NCBI GenBank assembly: GCA_037127585.1
Contig: JBAXYB010000002.1
Location: forward strand, 3,701-67,700
Length of the DNA: 64,000 nt
Origin: Verrucomicrobiota bacterium
Lineage (GTDB): Bacteria > Verrucomicrobiota > Verrucomicrobiia > Palsa-1439
Direction of reading: 5' to 3'
The translations under genes and the position numbers were made by a program. A model generated the notes under the pieces. It was given only the letters and a program-made list of their open reading frames with translations, ran no database searches and had not been told where the DNA came from. Positions 31,746 through 41,159 of the stretch are shown here, one piece after another (position 1 is the stretch's first letter; every line of letters begins with the position of its first letter).

Positions 31746-33191
31746 TCACAACTTTTTTTCAAAGTGACGTTTTTGTGGCGGTTTTGCGACGAAATCTTTT
31801 CGCTCACGCGCCCGGAGTTCGAGCACGACCGGGCAACTGGTGAAGCTGTACGTCGCCCGGACTTTGTCCGTGAGGAAGCGTTCGTAGTGTTTCGTCAAAC
31901 AATCCACATCATTGACGAATAAAAGGAACCGCGGCGGCCGTGTGGACTTCTGGAAAGCATAATAAATTTTGAATCGCCGGCCGCCCACGTACGACGGTGG
32001 ATACGCGTCGATGGCGCGGGCGAGCAACCGGTTCAACGCCGGCGTCTCGATCTCTTTCTCCATCTCGCTGTCGATAACGCCAATGGCTTTGAATAACTCG
32101 TTCACCCCTTGGCCGGTCTTCGCCGACGTGAATAACACCGTTGCCCAATCCAAAAAGAACAATTCCTTGTGCAGCGCCTCGATGTATTCATCGCGAAAAT
32201 CTTTCTGGCGCTTGCCGGCAGCTTTCATATGGCGCGTTTTCGCGTCCAATTCAGCGGCGAGATCCCACTTGTTGACCAAGATCACGCAGGCGCGTTTGGC
32301 TTCCGCGATTTGGCCGCCGATCTTCTGATCCTGTTTCGTCACGCCGGCCACGGCATCGAGCACGAGCACGGCCACGTCGCATTCCCGGATCGAGCGTTCC
32401 GCGCGCATCAACCCAAATTGATCCACCGACGTATTAATCTTGCTCCGGTGCCGCAACCCGGCCGTGTCGATGAGCATGTATTCCTTGCCGGCGAGCCTGA
32501 ACGGCACGTCCACCGAATCGCGCGTCGTCCCGGCCACCTCGCTCACGATGGTCCGGTCGCTCTTCAAGAGAGCATTCACCAGCGACGATTTACCGACGTT
32601 GGGGCGGCCCACAATCGCAATGCGCGTGGGGCGGACCGCGACTTCGACTTCGCCGACCGGGAAATCCGCTGTCGCCGTTTCCACGAGACCTTCAACGCCC
32701 TGCCCGTGAATCGCCGCGATGGCGAACGTCGCCTCGAATCCCAGTTCGCTGAACTCCGCCACATCTTTGGCGCGTTGCTCGTTATCAACCTTGTTCACCG
32801 CGAGAAAGACCGGCTTACCGCTCCGCCGCAATTTCTTCGCGATCTCCAAATCCAACGGCGTCACCCCGGCCGTCACGTCGACAACCATCACCAATGCGTT
32901 GGCCATCTCGATCGCGACTTCCGCCTGGCGTTTCGACGCGATGGCGATCAAGTCGCCGCCCTTCTCCTCGTCCATGAACGCGATCCCGCCGGTATCCACC
33001 ACCTCAAAATGTTTATTCCCACTCTCCGCCGGCGCGCTGACCCGGTCGCGCGTCACGCCGGGTTCTTCGTGGACAATGGCAATGCGCCGCCCGGCAATGC
33101 AATTGAAGAGCGCACTCTTCCCGACATTGGGGCGGCCGACGATGGCCAAGATGTGTTTTTTCGCAGTCACAACGGAAACTCGCACGCGCAT
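31746..33191 (-). CDS. der: ribosome biogenesis GTPase Der (EngA), two tandem GTPase domains + KH-like domain
   Basis: ORF 31746..33278. Start at Met30 (33191). Two G1 motifs GRPNVGKS and two G-domains. Confidence 0.85.
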   Translation of the reverse strand: MRVRVSVVTAKKHILAIVGRPNVGKSALFNCIAGRRIAIVHEEPGVTRDRVSAPAESGNKHFEVVDTGGIAFMDEEKGGDLIAIASKRQAEVAIEMANALVMVVDVTAGVTPLDLEIAKKLRRSGKPVFLAVNKVDNEQRAKDVAEFSELGFEATFAIAAIHGQGVEGLVETATADFPVGEVEVAVRPTRIAIVGRPNVGKSSLVNALLKSDRTIVSEVAGTTRDSVDVPFRLAGKEYMLIDTAGLRHRSKINTSVDQFGLMRAERSIRECDVAVLVLDAVAGVTKQDQKIGGQIAEAKRACVILVNKWDLAAELDAKTRHMKAAGKRQKDFRDEYIEALHKELFFLDWATVLFTSAKTGQGVNELFKAIGVIDSEMEKEIETPALNRLLARAIDAYPPSYVGGRRFKIYYAFQKSTRPPRFLLFVNDVDCLTKHYERFLTDKVRATYSFTSCPVVLELRARERKDFVAKPPQKRHFEKKL

Positions 33192-33263
33192 CCTAGCCGC
33201 GCGAAACTTTTTGTCCAGCCCCGGACTCGCTTCGGCGCAAAATATTATGCTAGCTTTTCCGAA

Positions 33264-34436
33264 ATGACTGCCCGGCAAATCGCTCTTGAACTTCTCGACG
33301 CCTGGCCGCGCGCGCGCCAGTTCGCCGACGAGCTGCTCGACGAACGGGCGAAACTACCGGCGCAAGACCGCGCTTTCGTGCAGGAACTCTTCTACGGCTG
33401 TCTCCGGCACCGGCTCGAGCTCGATTATCTAATCGAGTCCGTCGCCGGCAAGAAACCGCGCCCGGTCGTGGCCAATCTGCTCCATCTCGGCCTCTACCAA
33501 CTTCACTACCAGAAGACCGCCCCGCACGCTGCCGTGCATGAAACCGTCGAACTCGCGAAACAGCACGTCAGCCCGGCCGAAGTGCGCTTCATCAATGCCG
33601 TGCTCCGCCGGACCGACCCGGCCGCGCTGGAACGCGCCGAACCGTGGGTGCGGCTGTCGCATCCGCGCTGGTTGTATGACCGGCACGGTGCCGCGTGGTG
33701 CGAATGGAACAATCAACCGCCCTCCATATATATACGGATCAATACGCTCCGAACCGGCGGCACAACCTCGCCTCTAGCGGCTGAGCCGACCGCTCATCCG
33801 TTGGCGTGGCGCGTTACTGACTCAGCCGGCATGTTTAGCTCACCGGCCTGGAAGAATGGCGAGTTCTATGTGCAAGATCCGTCCACGTTGCTTGCGGTAG
33901 ATGCGCTTGACCCGCAACCGGGCGAGGCCATTCTTGATATGTGCGCCGCGCCGGGCGGTAAGACCACCTACATCGCCGCAAAAATGCAGAACCGCGGCCA
34001 GATCATCGCCGCCGATTCGTCGAATGTCCGGCTGGGTTTGGTGACGGAGAATTGCCGGCGGCTTGGGATTACCATCGTCGCGACCTTGGCCTGCGCGAAT
34101 GGCCGGTGTCTGCGCGGCCGGCAATTCGATCGGGTGCTCGTTGATGCGCCGTGCTCAAATACCGGCGTCATGCGGCGGCGGGTGGACTTACGGTGGCGGC
34201 TCCAACCGGCGGAAATCACCCGGTTGGCCGCGATCCAGAAAAAGTTGCTCACGGATGCCGGTCAGTTTGTGAAGCCGGGCGGGGTGCTTGTCTACAGCAC
34301 GTGCAGTGTCGAGGCGCAGGAAAACGAGCAGGTGGTCACGCAGCTACCGGGGTTTGTGATCGAAGCCCAGCGCGCCGTGGTGCCGCCGCGCGATCAGATG
34401 GACGGCGCGTTTATCTGTAAATTGCGCGCGCCGTAA
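33264..34436 (+). CDS. rsmB: 16S rRNA (cytosine967-C5)-methyltransferase RsmB/Sun
   Basis: ATG at 33264 within long ORF 32169..34436. NusB-like N-terminal domain and SAM-MTase core with catalytic DAPCSNTG and TCS motifs. Confidence 0.85.
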   Translation: MTARQIALELLDAWPRARQFADELLDERAKLPAQDRAFVQELFYGCLRHRLELDYLIESVAGKKPRPVVANLLHLGLYQLHYQKTAPHAAVHETVELAKQHVSPAEVRFINAVLRRTDPAALERAEPWVRLSHPRWLYDRHGAAWCEWNNQPPSIYIRINTLRTGGTTSPLAAEPTAHPLAWRVTDSAGMFSSPAWKNGEFYVQDPSTLLAVDALDPQPGEAILDMCAAPGGKTTYIAAKMQNRGQIIAADSSNVRLGLVTENCRRLGITIVATLACANGRCLRGRQFDRVLVDAPCSNTGVMRRRVDLRWRLQPAEITRLAAIQKKLLTDAGQFVKPGGVLVYSTCSVEAQENEQVVTQLPGFVIEAQRAVVPPRDQMDGAFICKLRAP

Positions 34437-34503
34437 TGTGGGAGCGGCCTCAGTGCCGCGACCGACAACTCAACATCTGTCGCGGCGCTGAGGCCGCTCC
34501 CAC
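34437..34503. repeat. palindromic REP/MITE-like element, family 2 (TGTGGGAGCGGCC ... GGCCGCTCCCAC), copy 1
   Basis: ~23-nt arms that are near-perfect reverse complements around a 20-nt loop, between convergent rsmB and the LTXXQ gene. Shares termini with the copies at 46230 and 54406. Confidence 0.7.
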
Positions 34504-34568
34504 GTTCTTAAAATAGAACGGCTCTCGTCCGTTGCCGAACGAGAGCCGCCTGGAAGGATCAACGTCAA

Positions 34569-35060
34569 TTACTCAGCGGGAGCAGGCTTCGGAGACTTCT
34601 TTTCGCCCTGATCGCCGCGCGGGCCTTTGCCCATGCGTTCGCGAATTTCTGCCAGTCCCTTGTCGAGGGTGGCTTTCTGCTCGTCCGTGAGCGAGGCGCG
34701 AAGCTGTTCGACGTAGCCCTTGCGGGTATCCATCAACGGCTTGCGTTGTTCCAACAGCTTTTTAATCGCGTCTTTATCCTTGGCGGCATGGGCTTTTTGC
34801 ATCTCTTCTTTGAAGCCCGGGTGCGTCTTGTCCCACGCGTCCGCGTCTTTCTTGAACGCGGTTTCGAGGCCGTCGTATTTTGTCTTCTGATCGGCGGTGA
34901 GCTTCAGGTCATCGAGGATGGGGGGAGGCAACAGATGCTCCATCATCTTCGCGGCGCCGCGGTGGATATCGCCTTTGGCGGGGGCCTTGTCGTCCGCATA
35001 CGCGTACGACGTGACCAAGCCAATGATGGCTAGGGCGGTGAGTGCTTTCAGTAACTTCAT
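34569..35060 (-). CDS. periplasmic LTXXQ-motif protein (CpxP/Spy-like)
   Basis: ORF 34569..35171. Start at Met38 gives a signal peptide. Two LTxxQ motifs (LTADQKTKY, LTDEQKATL). Confidence 0.6.
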   Translation of the reverse strand: MKLLKALTALAIIGLVTSYAYADDKAPAKGDIHRGAAKMMEHLLPPPILDDLKLTADQKTKYDGLETAFKKDADAWDKTHPGFKEEMQKAHAAKDKDAIKKLLEQRKPLMDTRKGYVEQLRASLTDEQKATLDKGLAEIRERMGKGPRGDQGEKKSPKPAPAE

Positions 35061-35533
35061 GGGTTCTCCTTTTGGGGGTTCTCGGTTTTGGTTTCTCGGT
35101 TCTCGGCTGGCGGCGGCTTGTGACCACGCGGCGGGAACGGGGGTTCTTCGCCGGGATGTTCCTGCCGCCACTTATCTTCAAATTCTTTGCGCTGTTGCCG
35201 GAATTGTTCCCGGGCTTTCTCGCGTTGCTCGGGTGACATTTTTTTCCACCGGTCGCCATTCTCTTTCAAGCGCTGCCGCTCTTCCGGAGTCATCTCCACA
35301 AACCGTTTGATGCGTTCATGAATGAATTGCCGTTCCTCCGGCGGCATCTGATTGAGTGCGCTGTGTAACCGGAGAACTTGCATCTTCGCTTCTGGCGGCA
35401 ACTTGCTCCAGTTCTCGTTGGCGCGTTGCTCCATCTGCGCCTTCTGTTCGTCAGTTAATGGCTGCCGGTCGCGCGGCGGCTCTTGCGCCGCGGCGCCAAC
35501 TGCTATCAGCAATGCGAGCACGAGCCATTTCAT
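35057..35533 (-). CDS. periplasmic DUF3106-like protein (charged, QR/EER-rich repeats)
   Basis: ORF 35057..35725. Start at Met65 gives a signal peptide. Repeated PPEERQ/PEERQRL/PEQREKAREQFRQQ segments. Confidence 0.5.
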   Translation of the reverse strand: MKWLVLALLIAVGAAAQEPPRDRQPLTDEQKAQMEQRANENWSKLPPEAKMQVLRLHSALNQMPPEERQFIHERIKRFVEMTPEERQRLKENGDRWKKMSPEQREKAREQFRQQRKEFEDKWRQEHPGEEPPFPPRGHKPPPAENRETKTENPQKENP

Positions 35534-35868
35534 AGCCTGTTGTCGTCCTCCAATTGATCGAGCGCGGCAATCACATCGTAATCTTCGAGCGTATCCTGAT
35601 GGGCTGCGGCATAAACCTCCGCGTTGTGCCGTGCGATTGCGCGCCGTTGAATCACGAGACCGCTGATGCTGATCATGGCCACACAACTCAACGCCGTCGC
35701 CCACCGAAACACCGGCAACTGCCAAAACCGGCGGGCCGGCGCCTCGTGCAAACGGCGGATGGTGCGCTGCGCAAAACCAAACGAAGGCTCAATCCCGCGC
35801 TGCCGGCCCAATAACTCCCAGGCGGCTTGCGCGTCTTTGTCTTCGTATTCATCGCGGTTCATATTCAC
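35530..35868 (-). CDS. putative anti-sigma factor (single TM)
   Basis: 112 aa, one TM helix, located directly downstream of an ECF sigma gene with a 4-nt overlap to the next gene. Confidence 0.45.
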   Translation of the reverse strand: MNMNRDEYEDKDAQAAWELLGRQRGIEPSFGFAQRTIRRLHEAPARRFWQLPVFRWATALSCVAMISISGLVIQRRAIARHNAEVYAAAHQDTLEDYDVIAALDQLEDDNRL

Positions 35869-35898
35869 TTCAACACCGGCCCTTCCGAAAGGTTGCGG

Positions 35899-36471
35899 TC
35901 AATAACAACCGCGCAATTTCTCCTTCAACGCTTCCCGGGCCCGATTCAGCAACGATTTCACCGCCGACACCGAACACCCCAGCACCACGGCGATTTCCTC
36001 ATACGCCAGACCCTCGAATCGGCAGAGAATCACCGCCGTCCGTTGCGCCTCCGGCAACGTCTGGATGGCGGCGTGAATCGTGTCCTGCAACTCCCGCTCG
36101 ACAACTTCCTGCGCCGGATCCGCTGTCCGCGCATCGGCAAACTGGCGAGCACTTTCCTCGTTTTCGGTGAGCGCGTCGAGCGACTCCGTCGCCCGTCGGC
36201 CGCGGCGCCGGTATTCATTGAGAACCGTATTGCGCGTGATGGTGAATAGCCACGTCGTGAATTTCGCCGTCGCTTGATACCGGCCCGCCGACCGGAAGAC
36301 TTGGATGAAGACGCGCTGCGCGAGGTCTTCAGCTTCCCAGGCGTCGCCGATACTCCGGTAAATCATGTTGATGACGGGCCGCTGGTAGCGCTCGATCAAT
36401 TCGCGAAAAGCATCCTCATCGCCCTCTTTGACACGGGTCATGAGGACGAGATCGGTATCGTTGGAAGCCAT
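35899..36471 (-). CDS. ECF-subfamily RNA polymerase sigma-70 factor
   Basis: ORF 35899..36567. Start at Met33. Region 2 (FRELIERYQRPVINMIYRSIGDAWEAEDLAQRVFIQVF) and region 4 HTH (AQRTAVILCRFEGLAYEEIAVVLGCSVSAVKSLLNRAR). Confidence 0.8.
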   Translation of the reverse strand: MASNDTDLVLMTRVKEGDEDAFRELIERYQRPVINMIYRSIGDAWEAEDLAQRVFIQVFRSAGRYQATAKFTTWLFTITRNTVLNEYRRRGRRATESLDALTENEESARQFADARTADPAQEVVERELQDTIHAAIQTLPEAQRTAVILCRFEGLAYEEIAVVLGCSVSAVKSLLNRAREALKEKLRGCY

Positions 36472-36544
36472 CGCCAGCAAGATTAGCTGAAGGACTCCAA
36501 CACCGCAACGCCGGCAAGGTTGCGCGACGATAGGTTCGATCACG

Positions 36545-37339
36545 TCAACGAGAAGCGGGGTTAACAACCGGCAGTGTATCTATACAATAGCGGATGCTTT
36601 CTTCTAGGACTGGACCTGAACGAGCATTGATGTGGATTGAACGGACGCTATTCCACCAAAGGATTTCGTTGGTTTGCCCATCTACCAAGGCCACGATATT
36701 TTGCACTTGGCCGGGGGATTCGTAGAGCGGTGTCACCGCAACGCCAGTGGCGATGCCTGTGGCCACACCGATAAGGATTCCGAGTGCCATCTTGCCACGG
36801 CGCTTGTTACGTGCCATACGCGATTCGAGAAATACGGAACTATCCATCAAGAGGATCGCTGGAGCGTCTTGCAGGCCGAGAGCGATCTTCAGTTCCGTCA
36901 AACATTCGCCCATCTGATAATGAAATGGCACGGGCTGTTTACGTTGACGATCTTGCAAAATCTTAAAGCTCAGGAGCCAAAATTCATCCTGTACTGCCTG
37001 TAATGTTGTAGCTGTGTTTATATCAAATTGTGCCCAGTCCTCGTTCAGGCAAAGGGGTTGCGGTGAAGCGCGGAACGAGTAACCCCTCTCCGAAAAAACT
37101 TTCTCTACGGCAGCCGCAAGATTGGTCTTAACCAAATGCCCCTGGCGATCCATGTCGAGCGCATTCTGGGTTTTATCGGAATTACCTTTGATGGACAGTC
37201 GCGATGGAACTGCGGCAATTTCGCGATAGGCTGCAGGGTTCGTTCGAAACGACTCGTTAATTCGCAGTGGCGGCGCTTTGCAGCCAATCCAAAGACAAGC
37301 CGAAAGTAAAAAAAACACGCTGAACAGGATTCTTTTCAT
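36545..37339 (-). CDS. lipoprotein with C-terminal glycine-zipper segment, unknown function; lower GC than the surroundings
   Basis: 264 aa. Lipobox LLSAC. GILIGVATGIATGVAV glycine zipper near the C-terminus. By eye ~50 % GC. Confidence 0.55.
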   Translation of the reverse strand: MKRILFSVFFLLSACLWIGCKAPPLRINESFRTNPAAYREIAAVPSRLSIKGNSDKTQNALDMDRQGHLVKTNLAAAVEKVFSERGYSFRASPQPLCLNEDWAQFDINTATTLQAVQDEFWLLSFKILQDRQRKQPVPFHYQMGECLTELKIALGLQDAPAILLMDSSVFLESRMARNKRRGKMALGILIGVATGIATGVAVTPLYESPGQVQNIVALVDGQTNEILWWNSVRSIHINARSGPVLEESIRYCIDTLPVVNPASR

Positions 37340-37348
37340 AAAAAAAGC

Positions 37349-37891
37349 CTATTCCATCTGCCACTTCACTTTGACGCCGCGCTTCTGACCGAAACGATCG
37401 ACATAGAACACTTCACCGGCCGCCTTGCCGTATTCATGGAGTTCTTTCGTGATCTTCACGTCGAAACAGCAGTACTCGGCGATCTCCATGATCCGGCCTT
37501 CCTTCCACCACTTCAAAGCGGCCATGCCATCAGCGACTTTCGGAGCGCCGAGCGTCGGCACAGCGCACGATTCGAGGGACACGCGATGACCGAGCGTGCC
37601 TTCGAGGTCTTTCATCAAATCCAGCGTCGGGACTTCATGAAAATCAAACAACGTGTAGTGCGTCAACACATCGTAATCGAAGTTGATGATGTTGAAGCCG
37701 ACGACCAAGTCCGCCCGGCGCAGTTGCTTGATCAAATCCTCGACCTGCGACTCGGGGAAAATCCGGTATTGCCCCTCGCCGGTGCTATACGTAACTCCGA
37801 CCGAGACGAGCATGTCAGCCTTCTTGTTCCAGCCGCCGACTTCCGCCGCGCTCTTCTGCGTTTCCAGGTCGAAATAGACGATATTTTTCAT
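37349..37891 (-). CDS. DEDDy-type 3'-5' exonuclease (DnaQ-like fold, standalone 180 aa)
   Basis: Exo I YFDLETQ, Exo II VVGFNIINFDYDVL and Exo III YCCFD (Y-x3-D) motifs. Confidence 0.7.
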   Translation of the reverse strand: MKNIVYFDLETQKSAAEVGGWNKKADMLVSVGVTYSTGEGQYRIFPESQVEDLIKQLRRADLVVGFNIINFDYDVLTHYTLFDFHEVPTLDLMKDLEGTLGHRVSLESCAVPTLGAPKVADGMAALKWWKEGRIMEIAEYCCFDVKITKELHEYGKAAGEVFYVDRFGQKRGVKVKWQME

Positions 37892-37902
37892 TTTGATTCC
37901 CT

Positions 37903-37962
37903 GCGCTGTGCAGAAGCGCAGCTACAACGGCTCTTGGTGTAGCGGCGCTTCTGTGAAGCGCC
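37903..37962. repeat. palindromic element family 1: two hairpin units (GCGCTGTGCAGAAGCGC-AGCTACAAC and GTGTAGC-GGCGCTTCTGTGAAGCGCC) facing each other
   Basis: Read from the sequence; related to the units at 45611-45686 and 55311-55337. Lies 12 nt upstream of the exonuclease start and just downstream of the 37971 gene stop. Confidence 0.65.
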
Positions 37963-37970
37963 GTTCGATG

Positions 37971-38984
37971 TCATGCGGCAATCCTTGGCAACCCCAGCGT
38001 CCGCATCGTGTGCAAACCCGCCCGCGCTTCCATCAAGAGCGGCAAAGAATTCACCAGCAAGGCCGGCGTCGCAATGTCACCGGGCGTCCCGCCGTCGAGC
38101 ACGAGTTTCATCGGCGGATCGCCGGCAATCTCGATTTGGTCGCGCGGATTCTCTGCGCCGGCATACATCTGCAACTCCAACCGCAAAACTTCCTTACCCT
38201 TCAACGCGCCGACCGCGACCTGACGCACGCCGGCCACTTGACCGGGCGCCGCCGTGAAATATTTCGTCTTGATTGGCTTAACGGCGAGGACAGGTCCGAT
38301 GCTCTCGTCCACTTTTTCCAACTTCCAACCCAACGCATCCGCCAAAAACACCAACGACTCCGTCAACCCGACATGCCGGATCTTCTTGTCGCTCGCGAGC
38401 TTCGTAAATTCCGCCTCGCTGATGCCGACGCCGACCTTGCGCTGCAACGCCTCGCGTCGCGTCGCGGCATCCACCACGCGGGTGACATGAATCGTGTCGA
38501 TCTTCCGGCACGCTCCTGTCAACGCCAACGCCAGCGTGTCCATCACAAAGCCAGGATTCACGCCGGTGCCGACCACTGCGCAACTTTTCTTGACGCACAT
38601 GTCGTCGAGTTCGCCGGCCAAAACGGGATTCCGGTATTTCGGAAACATCGCCTCTTCGCAGGACGTCACGCAATGCAGCCCGGCTCGCACGATCTCGACC
38701 AGTTGCGGGTACACATCCGCAAAACTCGACCCGGTACAATGAATCACCGCATCTGCCTGCGTCTGCCCGAACAACACCACCGCCTTGTCCGTGACCTTGA
38801 AGCCGAGTTGTCGGCCAATGCCCAGCACATCGCCGAAATCGCGCCCGACCGCCTGCGGATTCAGATCAACCGCGCCGACCAGTTGCATGTTGGATTTTTG
38901 GAGGACCAGTTCCGCCGCCGCGCGACCAATCGCTCCCAGCCCATACGAGATAACACGAATAGGTTTGCTCATCGTGTCCGCCAT
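37971..38984 (-). CDS. DapB-like NAD(P)-binding oxidoreductase (dihydrodipicolinate reductase / amine dehydrogenase family)
   Basis: ORF 37971..39056. N-terminal Rossmann IRVISYGLGAIGRAAAEL. Start placed at an internal Met (38984 or 38972). Confidence 0.55.
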   Translation of the reverse strand: MADTMSKPIRVISYGLGAIGRAAAELVLQKSNMQLVGAVDLNPQAVGRDFGDVLGIGRQLGFKVTDKAVVLFGQTQADAVIHCTGSSFADVYPQLVEIVRAGLHCVTSCEEAMFPKYRNPVLAGELDDMCVKKSCAVVGTGVNPGFVMDTLALALTGACRKIDTIHVTRVVDAATRREALQRKVGVGISEAEFTKLASDKKIRHVGLTESLVFLADALGWKLEKVDESIGPVLAVKPIKTKYFTAAPGQVAGVRQVAVGALKGKEVLRLELQMYAGAENPRDQIEIAGDPPMKLVLDGGTPGDIATPALLVNSLPLLMEARAGLHTMRTLGLPRIAA

Positions 38985-40138
38985 ATTAACACAGCGCCTG
39001 CGGCAAAGAGAACTGTTGAGTAACCAAACGCCACCGCCGGCGAGCACGTCGTCCACAACACGCCCACCACGATGCTCGACAGAAAATCGCCGACGCCGTT
39101 CACCGTCGCCAACACGCCGAATCCCATCCCGTGATGTTCCTTGTCCACCAACTCCGCCGCGAGCGAATCCTCCACCGCCTCCTCCGTCGCCACAAAGATG
39201 CCGGCGAGCACAAACACGAGCACCAGCACCGGCAAGTTCATCGGCGCAAACACCAACACCAACCCGGTCACTGCCGCCAGCCCATACCCACCGGCCAGCA
39301 GCGCGCGCTTATTCATATGATCCGCCAGCCATCCGGCCACAAACGCAAAACCGGCATAGAGCACGTTATGTAGCACGTACAACGCAACCGCGATGCTCGC
39401 CGCCTTGGCCTGACCGTATTGCGGCGTCAGCTTCTGCGTTGCGAGCAGGATTAACATTGAGTGTGCAAAGTCACCGGCCCCAAACAAACCCACCGCCAGC
39501 AAAAACCGCTGAAACGATTTCGGCAACGCCGCCAACCGGGCCCGAAACGAAATGTACTTCACGTGAACCCGGTCCTGTTCCTTCACCAACAACGCAATCG
39601 CCGCTGCCGCCAGCAATCCCGGGATGAGTGTCACCAACAACACCCGCGAGAAATTATTGTGGAACGCCACCAACAACAGCGTCGCCGTAATCGGCCCGAC
39701 GATCGCCCCGCACGTATCCATCATCCGCTCAAACCCAAACGCGCGTCCGTACGTCTCCGGTGTGACCGCCGCCGCCAACAACGCCTTGCGCACCGGCGTC
39801 CGCACCCCGCGCCCAAGCCACGCCCCTGCGCGACACAACAAAATGTGCCAAGCCTGCGTCGCCAACCCGATGCACGCCGTGCCGGTCGCCGTCACGAGGT
39901 AGCCGACCACCGCAATGGGTTTCCGCCGTCGCATCTGATCGGTGTAATACCCCGACCCCATCTTCGCAAAACTCGCCAACCCATCCGACACCCCTTCGAT
40001 GATCCCGAGCCACGCCGCCGCCGCCCCCATCGTCGCCAGAAACGCCGGCATCACCGCCGTTGCAATTTCGTGTGACCAATCACTCAACAATGATGCCAGC
40101 CCGATACCCAGCACCGTCCGATTAAGCCAACGCGCCAT
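38969..40138 (-). CDS. MFS transporter
   Basis: 389 aa, 12 predicted TM segments, MFS-like loop motif between TM2 and TM3. Confidence 0.8.
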   Translation of the reverse strand: MARWLNRTVLGIGLASLLSDWSHEIATAVMPAFLATMGAAAAWLGIIEGVSDGLASFAKMGSGYYTDQMRRRKPIAVVGYLVTATGTACIGLATQAWHILLCRAGAWLGRGVRTPVRKALLAAAVTPETYGRAFGFERMMDTCGAIVGPITATLLLVAFHNNFSRVLLVTLIPGLLAAAAIALLVKEQDRVHVKYISFRARLAALPKSFQRFLLAVGLFGAGDFAHSMLILLATQKLTPQYGQAKAASIAVALYVLHNVLYAGFAFVAGWLADHMNKRALLAGGYGLAAVTGLVLVFAPMNLPVLVLVFVLAGIFVATEEAVEDSLAAELVDKEHHGMGFGVLATVNGVGDFLSSIVVGVLWTTCSPAVAFGYSTVLFAAGAVLIWRTR

Positions 40139-40213
40139 ACCGGCGTCGTAACAGAATCGCCTCTGCCTGTCACGGTTGTTTACCGGAAACAGTTTTGTTA
40201 TCGTGCCGGCGCT

Positions 40214-41155
40214 TTGAGGAAGCTCATCATTATTATCGTGCTGGCCTTAATTGCTGTTGCGGCGTGGTGGCTGTCGCGTCGCAACGGGGTCGCCACGACG
40301 GTTTCCGGCACGATCGAAACCGACGAAGTCCACGTCGCCTCCCGCTACGGCGGCCGGGTCATCAAACTCCACGCGCAAGAAGGCGACGCTCTCAAAGCCG
40401 GCCAGCCTATCGCCGAACTCGACGCCACCGAACTCACCTCCCAGCGCGATTACGCCGCCGCCGTTCTTGCCGAGCTCGAACACGGCCCGCGTACCAACGA
40501 GATCGCCGCCGCAAAACACACGTGGGAATCTCTTACCGCGCAACTGACTTCGACGCGCGCCGATGCTGACCGCGCCCGGCAATTATTCGCCAGCAAGACT
40601 ATCTCCGAATCCGAAATGCAGAACACCGTCAGCAAAGCTGACGCGTTGGCACAAAGTGCGGATGCGGCCCGCAAGCAATTCGAACTCCTCGCCGAAGGCA
40701 CGCGCCCCGAACGCATCGACCAAGCCCGCGCGCAGTTGGCGACGATCGAAGCCCAACTCCGCGAAATGCGAATCGTCGCGCCGAGTGATTGTGTGCTCGA
40801 AGTCCTCAGCGTCAAAGTCGGCGACGTCTTACCGGCAAATCGTGAAGTGGCGACGCTGTTGCTGACTCAACATCTCTGGGTGCGCGTGTTCGTACCGGAA
40901 ACGTGGCTCGGATTGATCCAAGTCGGCCAGACACCCAAAGTGCGGACCGACTCCACGCCCGACCGGGAATTCACCGGCACCGTCGAACAGATCAACCGGC
41001 AGGCCGAGTTCACACCACGCAATGTCCAAACCGTTGAGGACCGCATCCGGCAAGTCTTCGGCGTCAAAGTCCGGCTACCCACCGATACCGGCCTGTTGCG
41101 CGCCGGTATGTCGGTGGATGTTTTGTTCCCCAACGTCCCGCCGCCGCCCCGGTAA
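40214..41155 (+). CDS. HlyD-family membrane fusion / secretion protein
   Basis: 313 aa. N-terminal TM, coiled coil, HlyD barrel motifs. Precedes the ABC-2 ATPase and permease. Confidence 0.8.
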   Translation: MRKLIIIIVLALIAVAAWWLSRRNGVATTVSGTIETDEVHVASRYGGRVIKLHAQEGDALKAGQPIAELDATELTSQRDYAAAVLAELEHGPRTNEIAAAKHTWESLTAQLTSTRADADRARQLFASKTISESEMQNTVSKADALAQSADAARKQFELLAEGTRPERIDQARAQLATIEAQLREMRIVAPSDCVLEVLSVKVGDVLPANREVATLLLTQHLWVRVFVPETWLGLIQVGQTPKVRTDSTPDREFTGTVEQINRQAEFTPRNVQTVEDRIRQVFGVKVRLPTDTGLLRAGMSVDVLFPNVPPPPR

Positions 41156-41159
41156 GCCG

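Noticed and set aside
32169-33263. Long N-terminal extension of the rsmB ORF (755 aa) overlapping der on the opposite strand
   Set aside because: Homology begins at the internal ATG 33264 (MTARQIALELL). The upstream part is antisense to der and lacks a stop only because of GC content.
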